The notes under the pieces are model-generated. The model saw only the letters and a program-made list of their open reading frames with translations, was not told the origin of the DNA and did not search any database. Position numbers and translations under genes: made by a program. Source: Gemmatimonadota bacterium (lineage in GTDB: Bacteria > Gemmatimonadota > Gemmatimonadetes > Palauibacterales > Palauibacteraceae). From it: a stretch of DNA of 50,204 nucleotides. Location of the stretch: contig JBDHFS010000001.1 of NCBI GenBank assembly GCA_039590285.1, positions 1-50,204 on the forward strand, in the 5' to 3' direction. This document shows positions 1-7,578 of the stretch, piece by piece; within the stretch, counting starts at the first letter, position 1; each line of letters opens with the position of its first letter.

Positions 1-84
1 AAGGAAGCGACGCTCGATTTCCTCGAGCACACCACCCTCGCCGATGTGATGGATAGCGGAGACGGTGGCATCACGTCCCTTTGA
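1..84 (+). CDS. 3' end of a CDS that starts outside the window; probable Rrf2-family regulator paralogue (partial)
   Basis: Frame +1 reads KEATLDFLEHTTLADVMDSGDGGITSL-stop (TGA 82-84). The ..DF...TTL.DV.. pattern matches the C-terminus GDFFSQTTLGDVIADGGE of the neighbouring 177..584 product. Confidence 0.4.
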   Translation, partial: KEATLDFLEHTTLADVMDSGDGGITSL

Positions 85-176
85 TCCGGTCCACGCAGCT
101 ACAGATGCTTGTGCACATCCAATGTTCACATTAACATGATTTTACCTTATTTATCCGGGGCCGGAATGGCCGTTCC

Positions 177-584
177 ATGATCTCGAAGACGGAAGAGTAC
201 GCGCTGCGGGCGGCGATCCACCTGGCGCGCCTTCATGCCAATGGCCCCGTGCGTTCGAGCACCCTGGCACGCGTCACGGGCATCCCGGCTAACTACCTGT
301 CGAAGGTGCTGCACCAGCTGGGCAGGCACGGTGTCGTGGTATCGGAGCGAGGCCGCAACGGCGGATTCCGGCTGGCCCGGGACCCCGCGGAAGTCACTCT
401 GGCGGAGCTGCTCTTTCCGTTCGCTCCCCAGGCCGGCCGGGCCCGATGTCTGCTCGGCCAGGAGGAATGTTCCGATGACGATCCCTGTCCGGCGCACAAG
501 CACTGGAAAGGGGCGAAGGCGATGATCGGTGACTTCTTCTCCCAAACCACTCTCGGCGACGTGATCGCCGACGGCGGGGAGTAA
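177..584 (+). CDS. Rrf2 (IscR/NsrR-like) family transcriptional regulator, probable Fe-S cluster-binding type
   Basis: 135-aa ORF with a typical Rrf2 N-terminal winged helix (MISKTEEYALRAAIHLARL ... LSKVLHQLGRHGVVVSERGRNGGFRLAR). A C-terminal Cx6Cx5C triad (RCLLGQEECSDDDPC) sits where Rrf2 proteins carry cluster ligands. An AT-rich promoter-like region lies upstream. Confidence 0.85.
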   Translation: MISKTEEYALRAAIHLARLHANGPVRSSTLARVTGIPANYLSKVLHQLGRHGVVVSERGRNGGFRLARDPAEVTLAELLFPFAPQAGRARCLLGQEECSDDDPCPAHKHWKGAKAMIGDFFSQTTLGDVIADGGE

Positions 585-665
585 GCCAGCTGACGAGTGC
601 AGGGGCCCTGCCTCGGGGCGCCGCACGTCTGTTTCAAACCGTGTGACGTCTCGAGGATACGCGTC

Positions 666-1067
666 ATGAGTCGATGCGATGGCCTGATCGACCTCTCGGA
701 GGATGAACTGGTCCGGCGACTCGGTGAGCCCGCCGCGAGAAAGACGGCCGGCGGGGACGTCTGGCTCGTGTTCCGGTCACCCGCGGTGGATCTGCGTGTT
801 CGGTGCGAAGGCGAGGATGCCTCACGCGTCGTCTCGTGGACAGCCACGTTCTCCCGCGGCCACCGTACGCTCCGTGAGGCCGCGGCCGACCTCGGTCTGT
901 GGCCCGCCGCCGCGCCGGACGAAAAAGCGGAGGCGGTCGGCGTACCGCTGATCCGGAGGTCTCTCGCCTGTCCGGGCACCGATCGTAAGTACTCGCTCAC
1001 GGCGACCGTGCGCGGCGGAAGCATCACCCAGATCTCGGTTTTCAACGAACCACCTGACTGGCTTTGA
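666..1067 (+). CDS. hypothetical protein (133 aa), no recognisable family
   Basis: ORF 597..1067. ATG 666 (MSRCDGLIDLSEDELVRRLGEP...) is preferred because the residues before it are Cys/Pro-rich junk. No TM segment, signal peptide or motif recognised. Coding status rests on length and sensible composition only. Confidence 0.45.
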   Translation: MSRCDGLIDLSEDELVRRLGEPAARKTAGGDVWLVFRSPAVDLRVRCEGEDASRVVSWTATFSRGHRTLREAAADLGLWPAAAPDEKAEAVGVPLIRRSLACPGTDRKYSLTATVRGGSITQISVFNEPPDWL

Positions 1068-1207
1068 CTTCCGGACACCTCTTGCGTTCTGCATTCCCGC
1101 ATCTAAGATAGGACCGACGACGCGGGCGAATTGCAACGTCGTGGTGGAGGTTACGCCACCCGCTGCCCCGCCAACGGGCGACTCACAGAACGGGAAACGA
1201 CCAGGAA

Positions 1208-3037
1208 TTGCTTCGTACCAGTCGTTCTGACGTCCGGGCTGCGACGCTCCTCGAGCCGCTCCAGGTACTGTACTGGATCTACGCTGCGCGCCTGGTCACT
1301 TCGCTCTCGGTATTCGGATCCGCCATACTCGTCGGCGATCTTCTCGAGCGCGAGTTTCCCGGCTCACTGCCTCCCGAGTTTCGCCTGATAGCGGTCGTCG
1401 GCCTGGCCGCGGCAGCCTTCCTGACTCCAATCGCGTACCGATACAGCCATCGCAAACGGCGGTATATAGGCCTGGGCTTCCTCTACTCGCAGGCGGCTCT
1501 CGACGTCCTGCTGTTCAACGGAGTAGTCCACATCACCGGGGGGAGCGGCAGTCCGTTCGTCTCCCTGTTCATCGCGCTGGCGGCGGGCTACGCGCTCGTG
1601 CTCCCGCTGAGCTCGGCGATTCTGGTCGCGCTCGCGGCGGGCGTGGTCTACCTGTTCGACAACTTCCTTCTCGCGGGCGATCCGAGCGGATTGGCTCTCG
1701 TCCTGCAGGTGCTGGTCATCACCCTGGTGGCTCTGGTGGCGAGCCTCGTCGGGGCCCGTTTTCGGCAGGTTCGAACGGAGCTGCGCACCGTCGAAGGGGA
1801 GCTTCACCGGCTCCGGCTCGACACGGCGGACGTGCTCCGGATCATCCCTTCGGGTGTCATCACTCTGGACGCCTCCGGCAACCTGGTGTACATGAACCTC
1901 GCAGCCGCCGATCTGTGCGACATCGATGCCACGGTCTTCCTGGGCCGGAACCTCCTCCCGGAGCTCGACGCGCGGGCGCCGGATGTGGCCACCGCGGTTC
2001 GCGAGACCATCGAGACGGGTCGTCGCATCCGGAATCGGGAGGCCGACATCCTGCCCACCGAGGCGGGTGGTGATGGGGACGCGACCACCGAGCCCGTTCC
2101 GCTGGCCGTCAGCACGACCATGCTTCAGGACGTGGGTGCGGGACCCTCGCACGTGATTCTCCTGCAGGATCTGCGCGCGGTCCGGCAGTTGGAGAACCTC
2201 CGTCTTCGTACCGGAAAGCTGGAGGCCGTTTCGGAACTGTCCGCCTCTCTCGCCCACGAGCTGAAGAACCCGCTCGCCTCCATCCGGAGTGCGGTGGAGC
2301 AGCTGATGGCTCGCGCCCGGGAGGATGAGGACGAACAGATTCTCGGCCGCCTGATCGTCCGCGAGAGCGACCGGCTCAGTCGCATCCTCAGCGAGTTCAG
2401 CGATTTCGCGAAGGTCGCCGTGGCCGAGCGGAAGCCGGTGGACGTCGAAAAGCTGATCCGGGAAGTGACGGAGACGGCGCTCCGCCACCCGGTCGCCGAG
2501 GGACGCGCGACGGTCAGCCAGGAGATCGTGGACGACATGTCCGGTCTGTGGGGCGACCCGGAGCTGCTGCACCGCACGCTTCTGAATCTCGTGCTCAACG
2601 CGATCCAGGTCGGCGATCCCGAATCCAGTGTCAGGGTGCGGATCGTGGCCGATGCTCTGCGTCCGGATCTGGTTCCATCGGAAGTCTCGCTGGGGCATCC
2701 TGTCCGGATCCGAGTGATCGACAACGGCCCGGGCATCGCGGCGGGCGACCTTCCGAGGATATTCGACCCGTTCTACACGCGGCGGACGGGTGGGAGCGGC
2801 CTGGGTCTATCCATCGCTCATCGGGCGGTCCAGGCGCACGGTGGCGCCCTGATAGCCAGCTCGAGCCCGGGCGGCGGGGCCACGTTCGCCATGGTCCTTC
2901 CGCGCCGAACCGGTCGTGGACGTGCGAGCATTGAAGACGGTCGCCTTCGGGAGCTCGACGCCGGCGACGCCAGCGCCGGTGGCGACACGGACCAGGAACC
3001 GGCCGGCGCGCGCTCCCCGGGGCGCGCGAGCATCTAG
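1208..3037 (+). CDS. pilS: membrane sensor histidine kinase (PilS/NtrB-like), partner of the downstream sigma-54 response regulator
   Basis: N-terminal hydrophobic segments and a PAS-like region (VITLDASGNLVYMNLAAADL). H-box ELSASLAHELKNPLASIRSAVEQL. N box LLNLVLNAIQV, G1 VIDNGPGI, G2 GGSGLGLSIA. Lies directly upstream of an NtrC-type regulator and a pilin gene. The TTG start at 1208 is uncertain. Confidence 0.8.
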   Translation: MLRTSRSDVRAATLLEPLQVLYWIYAARLVTSLSVFGSAILVGDLLEREFPGSLPPEFRLIAVVGLAAAAFLTPIAYRYSHRKRRYIGLGFLYSQAALDVLLFNGVVHITGGSGSPFVSLFIALAAGYALVLPLSSAILVALAAGVVYLFDNFLLAGDPSGLALVLQVLVITLVALVASLVGARFRQVRTELRTVEGELHRLRLDTADVLRIIPSGVITLDASGNLVYMNLAAADLCDIDATVFLGRNLLPELDARAPDVATAVRETIETGRRIRNREADILPTEAGGDGDATTEPVPLAVSTTMLQDVGAGPSHVILLQDLRAVRQLENLRLRTGKLEAVSELSASLAHELKNPLASIRSAVEQLMARAREDEDEQILGRLIVRESDRLSRILSEFSDFAKVAVAERKPVDVEKLIREVTETALRHPVAEGRATVSQEIVDDMSGLWGDPELLHRTLLNLVLNAIQVGDPESSVRVRIVADALRPDLVPSEVSLGHPVRIRVIDNGPGIAAGDLPRIFDPFYTRRTGGSGLGLSIAHRAVQAHGGALIASSSPGGGATFAMVLPRRTGRGRASIEDGRLRELDAGDASAGGDTDQEPAGARSPGRASI

Positions 3038-3080
3038 GGGAGCCAGATCGAGCTGTCCACAGGTCCATAGAGGAGCCGAC

Positions 3081-4448
3081 ATGCGAGACAAACCGTTACT
3101 TCTGCTGATCGACGACGAGCAAAGCCTCGTCGAGTCCCTGACCGTGTTGCTCAAGGGAGAGGGATATGAGGTCGTCTCGGAGCTCACCGGGGCCTCTGGC
3201 GTCAAGGTGTTCAAGGAGATGACCCCGGACATCGTGCTCTCCGACGTCCGCATGCCGAAGATGAGCGGGATCGAAGTCCTGGACGAGATCCGCAAGACGA
3301 ATCCGAACGCGCCGGTCGTTCTGATGACGGCTCAGGCGTCCCTCCAGTCGGCCATACAGGCCGTGAATCTGGGAGCCACTCACTACATACAGAAGCCCTT
3401 CGAGAACGATGAGCTGCTGGCGATTCTCGGCCGCTCGCTGGACTGGGGGCGCCTCAAGCAGGAGAACGCGGGTCTCAAGCGCGAGCTCAAGAAGCAGCAG
3501 ACACTCAAGGCCGGCCGCCCGATCGGTGTCAGCCCGACGTTCGAGGTCAGCATCAAGCTGGCCGAGAGCGTGGCCGACAGCGACTCGACCATCATGATCA
3601 GTGGCGAGAGCGGCACGGGGAAAGAGGTCTTCGCCCGTTACATCCACGACCTGTCTCCAAGGTCCAATCGGCGGTTTCTGTCTCTGAATTGCGGAGCGCT
3701 GCCGGAAGGGCTGCTGGAGTCGGAGCTGTTCGGACACGTCAAGGGGAGCTTCACCGGAGCCGTTCGCGACAAGGAGGGGCTGTTCGTGGCGGCCTCCGGC
3801 GGCACCTTTTTCCTGGACGAAGTCGGAGAGATGGCGCCCTCGACCCAAGTGAAGCTGCTGCGCGTGCTGCAGCAGCGGGAAGTCATTCCGGTCGGCGCCA
3901 CCGAGGCCATTCCGGTGGACGTCCGCCTGATCGCCGCCACCAATCGACATCTCGAACGCGACATCGACGAGGGACGCTTCCGGCGCGATCTGTTCTACAG
4001 GCTCAACGTGATCACCATCGAGCTGCCGCCGCTCAGAGACCGGTACGAGGACGTTCAGCTTCTGGCCGAGTATTTCCTGGCCGGACAGGCGGAGGGCGAC
4101 CCGAAAGGGGCCAAGAAGCTCTCCTCGAAGGCGCTGACGGTGCTTCAGGGCTACCACTGGCCGGGCAACGTCCGCGAGCTGGAAAACGTAATCGAGCGCG
4201 CCGTCGTGCTCACGGCCGGCGCCACGATCAAGCCGGAGGCCATGCCGTCGCGGCTTCGGGAAGCTCCACCGGAGCCCCTTGTGCAGGATCGGCCGCCGTT
4301 GAACCCGGCCCTCGACATCATCGAGCGAGCCTACATCGAGCACGTGCTCCGGGCCGAAGCAGGGAACAAGACCCGGGCCGCCGAGGTCCTCGGAATCGAC
4401 CCCAGCACTCTGTACAGGAAGATCAAGCGCTACGACCTGGACGGCTGA
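3081..4448 (+). CDS. pilR: sigma-54-dependent response regulator (PilR/NtrC family)
   Basis: ATG 3081 is preceded by AGGAG (3071-3075). Canonical receiver (LLLIDDE, DIVLSDVRMP, LMTA, QKPF). AAA+ sigma-54 interaction domain (GESGTGKE, GAFTGA-type loop GSFTGA, FLDEVGEM). C-terminal Fis-type HTH (NKTRAAEVLGIDPSTLYRKIKRY). The ORF extension back to 2916 overlaps the kinase and was not used. Confidence 0.9.
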   Translation: MRDKPLLLLIDDEQSLVESLTVLLKGEGYEVVSELTGASGVKVFKEMTPDIVLSDVRMPKMSGIEVLDEIRKTNPNAPVVLMTAQASLQSAIQAVNLGATHYIQKPFENDELLAILGRSLDWGRLKQENAGLKRELKKQQTLKAGRPIGVSPTFEVSIKLAESVADSDSTIMISGESGTGKEVFARYIHDLSPRSNRRFLSLNCGALPEGLLESELFGHVKGSFTGAVRDKEGLFVAASGGTFFLDEVGEMAPSTQVKLLRVLQQREVIPVGATEAIPVDVRLIAATNRHLERDIDEGRFRRDLFYRLNVITIELPPLRDRYEDVQLLAEYFLAGQAEGDPKGAKKLSSKALTVLQGYHWPGNVRELENVIERAVVLTAGATIKPEAMPSRLREAPPEPLVQDRPPLNPALDIIERAYIEHVLRAEAGNKTRAAEVLGIDPSTLYRKIKRYDLDG

Positions 4449-4459
4449 TCCTTCACCTG

Positions 4460-4493
4460 TTGCAGTACGGCAGGCAAACTTTGCAGAGTGCAA
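4460..4493 (+). promoter_or_regulatory. candidate enhancer (UAS) for the PilR-like activator
   Basis: Direct TTGCAG repeats at 4460-4465 and 4481-4486. The second is part of the palindrome TTGCA-gag-TGCAA (4481-4493). The site lies about 90-120 bp upstream of the -24/-12 element, the usual distance for bacterial enhancer-binding proteins. Confidence 0.3.
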
Positions 4494-4581
4494 TGCCATC
4501 GGCAGAAGCCCCCGGTCTGGCGGCCGCGTACGCCGAGTATAAGTATTTATTTCACAAGATGTTATCTTTTTTATGCAGGCC

Positions 4582-4597
4582 CGGCACGCGGGTTGCC
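4582..4597 (+). promoter_or_regulatory. sigma-54 (-24/-12) promoter for the pilin gene
   Basis: cGGCACgcgggTTGCc: GGCAC at 4583-4587 and TTGC at 4593-4596 with the canonical 5-nt spacer (consensus TGGCAC-N5-TTGC). It lies about 95 nt upstream of the pilA ATG. An AT-rich, IHF-site-like tract (4535-4578) precedes it, and a sigma-54 activator gene is immediately upstream. Confidence 0.6.
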
Positions 4598-4691
4598 ACA
4601 TACGCGTGCCGGAGGCAAGGTCCTCCACCGGTGAACGATACGAGCACAGGGGATTACCGAGCGTTCACGAACCAGAACCGATGGAGGACTC

Positions 4692-5063
4692 ATGCTCCGC
4701 AACACGAAGGGTTTCACGCTGATCGAACTGCTGATCGTAGTCGTGATCATCGGCATCCTCGCCGCGATCGCGATTCCGCAGTTCGCCAGCACGAAGGAGA
4801 AGGCGTTCGACGCCACCGCGAAAAGCGATGTGCGGAACGCCATGGCTGCTCAGGAGGCGTACTTCGCCGACGATCAGACCTATGCTCCGGCCGCGATGGC
4901 GGCAGGCTCCTTCACCACGAGCACCGGCATTTCGATCTCGGCTTCGGCCGCGTCGGCCGGCGGCTATTCGGTCACCGCATCGCACTCCGCGTCCGGCAAT
5001 ACCTACTGGGTGGAGGTCGGCACGGGAAGCACCATCGAGGGCAAGGTCCAGAAGTCTCCGTAA
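4692..5063 (+). CDS. pilA: type IV major pilin (prepilin with class III signal peptide)
   Basis: MLRNTKG/FTLIELLIVVVIIGILAAIAIPQF: short basic leader, Gly-1, Phe+1, Glu+5 and a hydrophobic alpha1-N helix. GGAGG RBS at 4683-4687. 123-aa precursor with no cysteine and a Ser/Thr/Ala-rich C-terminal half. Confidence 0.95.
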   Translation: MLRNTKGFTLIELLIVVVIIGILAAIAIPQFASTKEKAFDATAKSDVRNAMAAQEAYFADDQTYAPAAMAAGSFTTSTGISISASAASAGGYSVTASHSASGNTYWVEVGTGSTIEGKVQKSP

Positions 5064-5106
5064 GGATGGTCTTCGGACTTTCGTCTCTCTTGACGATCGC
5101 AGGCCA

Positions 5107-5139
5107 GGGCGCGGCGGGTAACTCCTCCGCGCCCTTTGG
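5107..5139 (+). terminator. GC-rich hairpin followed by TTTGG; intrinsic terminator or attenuator after pilA
   Basis: GGGCGCGG (5107-5114), 12-nt loop, CCGCGCCC (5127-5134), then TTTGG. It starts about 45 nt after the pilA stop. Confidence 0.5.
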
Positions 5140-5193
5140 TCATCCTGGAGACCTGTGCGATTCTCCTGTCCTGCCTTCCGGGGGGCCGGTGGC

Positions 5194-7578
5194 ATGAGGC
5201 GGGCGATCATCCGCGCACAGCGAATACCGGCGCCCGCCGCGGCAACGGGCCTCTTCTTTCTGCTCGCCGCCGTGTTCTTCGACCGCGTGCTGTTCCGGGG
5301 AGAGGTCTTCTTCAGCCGGGACATCGCGCCGTTCTTCTATCCGATGAAGCATTTTCTGGCAGCGGCCGTGCGAGCGGGCGACTTTCCGCTGTGGAATCCG
5401 TGGGTGGCCGGAGGCGAGCCCTTCTTCGCATCGCTTCAGCCAGGCGTTCTGTATCCGGGCAACCTCGTCCTGTACGTGCTGCCGATGCCGGCCGCGTTCG
5501 ACATTCTCGTGGCGCTTCACTATCCGCTGGCCGGCCTCGGAATGACGCTCCTGCTGCGCGCATGGCGGCACACCTGGCCGGGAGCGCTCGTCGGAGGCGT
5601 CGCCTTCATGCTGGGCGGCTATTTTGCGTCGATCGGCAACTTCGTCAACAACCTGCAGACCGTGGCCTGGCTGCCCTGGTTGTTCCTGACGTGGGATCGC
5701 TTCCTGGTGCGCCGCAGGGTCCGGGACGCGCTCGTGTTCGCATTGCTCTCCGGGGTCGCCTTCCTCGGCGGGGAACCCCAGATGCTTGGACTGGGGCTGG
5801 CGGTCGTGTTCCTCCACGGACTCCTGCGGATCGAAGATCGGGACCTGGCACGATCGCATCAGGCGCTGGCCTTCGGAGTGGCCGGCGTGCTGGCCGTGGG
5901 ACTGGTGGCCGTTCAGTTTCTGCCCTTCGCCGAGTATATAGGGCAGTCGGTGCGTACCCTGCCCATCGACCTGGAATACGCGTCCGCCCGATCCCTGGAG
6001 CCCGCGGGCGCTTTCGGCTTCTTCGTTCCGCCCGCCCTTCGCGCAGGGGCGCACGGCTTCACGACCCGCTACGTGGCGAGCAGCGAGGTGCCGTGGCTGC
6101 TGAGCATCTACATGGGGGCACTGGTTCTGGCCCTTGCGGCCGCCGGCTGGACCGCGCCCCGGACCCGGCGGTGGGCCGCGTTCTGGGCCGCGGCAGCGAT
6201 TCTCGGCGTCGCCCTGGCCTTCGGCGGCAACAGCCCGGTCTATCGTCTTCTGTTCGAAGGGCTGCCCGCGTTCCGGCCTTTCCGCTACCCCGAGAAGCTC
6301 TTGCTGCTCACCGCGCTGGCCCTGCCGGTGGTGGCGGCGCGCGGTGCGGACCTCTGGGTCGGGAGCGGAGGGCGCGCGGCGGGCCGATCGTCCGCGGCGT
6401 GGATCCCCATCATCGCGTCCGCCATCCTGTACTCCGTCCTGACGCTGATCCTGACCCTGAGCGGTGGCGCCCTGGACCGGGCGTGCGGGAGCTGGCTGGG
6501 ACCGGCCCTGCTGTGCGACGATCCGGCTACGGGGCAGCGCCTCTACGCGGCCGCAGTCGCCAGGATCTCGGCCGTGCTGATGGCGCTTGCGGTGGTTACG
6601 TGGCTTCTCGGGCACGGACGGGTCCGGCCATGGCTCGCTTCGACCCTGCTGGTCACCCTGGTGGCGGCGGATCTCGGACTGGCTCACCGGGCGGTAAACC
6701 CGTCCGTCGAGAGCCGCGTGTACGTGGATCCGCCGTGGACGGCCCGGGAGCTGGACGGCCTGATGACGGACAGGCAAGCCCATCGGTTCAGGGGATCGCC
6801 CCATATGGCCGCCATGGGCAGCATCGTGATGGTCCACGGAGCCTGGGAGCTCACGAACATGTACATGGACTATCAGACGATGGGTCCCAACGTCGGTCAG
6901 CTTTTCGGATTCCCCATGCAGGACGGACTGCAGGGAGTGGAGTTGATATCGGTGGCCCTGACGAACGAGGCCGCCATGAGGGCGTGGAGCGACAACCCGC
7001 TGCACTTCCTGCGCGCGATGAACGTGCGCTTCTACGCCGATGCCACCGCGGCGGCGGATTCCGTCCCGGGCCTGCGGCTTGCCGCCGCACACCCGGAGCT
7101 CCCGATTCGAATCCACGAGGTTCCCGACCCGGTGCCGAGACTGTATCTGACCGGCCGGGTGGAGGTGGCCGAGGACCAGCCAAAGGCCCTGCGGCGGCTG
7201 CTCGATGACGACTTCCCGCTGGGCGAAGCGGTGGTTCTCGAGACCGGGGCGCCGGACACGGATCCGGCGGCAACGGGCCGCGTTCTGGATCGGACCGACG
7301 GCATGAATCGACTGGGGGCTCGAGTGAGCGCCGATGGGCCGATGATGCTGGTTCTGAGCGACCGGTACTATCCCGGCTGGAAGGCGACCGTCGACGGTTC
7401 CGAGGCCCCGGTGCTGAGGGCCAACGGCGTATTCCGCGCGGTTCCCGTCCCCGGCGGCGTCAGCGATGTGGAGTTTCGGTTCGCCCCCCGATCGGTGTGG
7501 TGGGGTGGCTGGATCAGCATCGCGGCACTGCTCGCTTTCACCTTGACGTGGTCCATGGCCGGAGTCCGGAAGCTGTGA
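5194..7578 (+). CDS. YfhO-family-like polytopic membrane protein (GT-C-type glycosyltransferase candidate)
   Basis: 794 aa from ATG 5194 (GTG 5155 is also possible). The N-terminal pattern FFDRVLFRGEVFFSRDIAPFFYPMKHF...GDFPLWNPWVAGGEPFFASLQPGVLYP is the signature I associate with YfhO proteins. The C-terminal YYPGWKATVDGSEAPVLRANGVFRAVPVPGG...VEFRF pattern fits the same family. More than 10 hydrophobic segments. Confidence 0.65.
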   Translation: MRRAIIRAQRIPAPAAATGLFFLLAAVFFDRVLFRGEVFFSRDIAPFFYPMKHFLAAAVRAGDFPLWNPWVAGGEPFFASLQPGVLYPGNLVLYVLPMPAAFDILVALHYPLAGLGMTLLLRAWRHTWPGALVGGVAFMLGGYFASIGNFVNNLQTVAWLPWLFLTWDRFLVRRRVRDALVFALLSGVAFLGGEPQMLGLGLAVVFLHGLLRIEDRDLARSHQALAFGVAGVLAVGLVAVQFLPFAEYIGQSVRTLPIDLEYASARSLEPAGAFGFFVPPALRAGAHGFTTRYVASSEVPWLLSIYMGALVLALAAAGWTAPRTRRWAAFWAAAAILGVALAFGGNSPVYRLLFEGLPAFRPFRYPEKLLLLTALALPVVAARGADLWVGSGGRAAGRSSAAWIPIIASAILYSVLTLILTLSGGALDRACGSWLGPALLCDDPATGQRLYAAAVARISAVLMALAVVTWLLGHGRVRPWLASTLLVTLVAADLGLAHRAVNPSVESRVYVDPPWTARELDGLMTDRQAHRFRGSPHMAAMGSIVMVHGAWELTNMYMDYQTMGPNVGQLFGFPMQDGLQGVELISVALTNEAAMRAWSDNPLHFLRAMNVRFYADATAAADSVPGLRLAAAHPELPIRIHEVPDPVPRLYLTGRVEVAEDQPKALRRLLDDDFPLGEAVVLETGAPDTDPAATGRVLDRTDGMNRLGARVSADGPMMLVLSDRYYPGWKATVDGSEAPVLRANGVFRAVPVPGGVSDVEFRFAPRSVWWGGWISIAALLAFTLTWSMAGVRKL

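Noticed and set aside
5136-7208. 690-aa plus-strand ORF and 658-aa minus-strand ORF (5140..7116) overlapping the YfhO-like gene
   Set aside because: These are alternative frames of the same DNA. Their translations are extremely Arg/Gly/Pro/Ala-rich with no hydrophobic periodicity. The 5194..7578 frame gives a coherent polytopic membrane protein with family-typical motifs.
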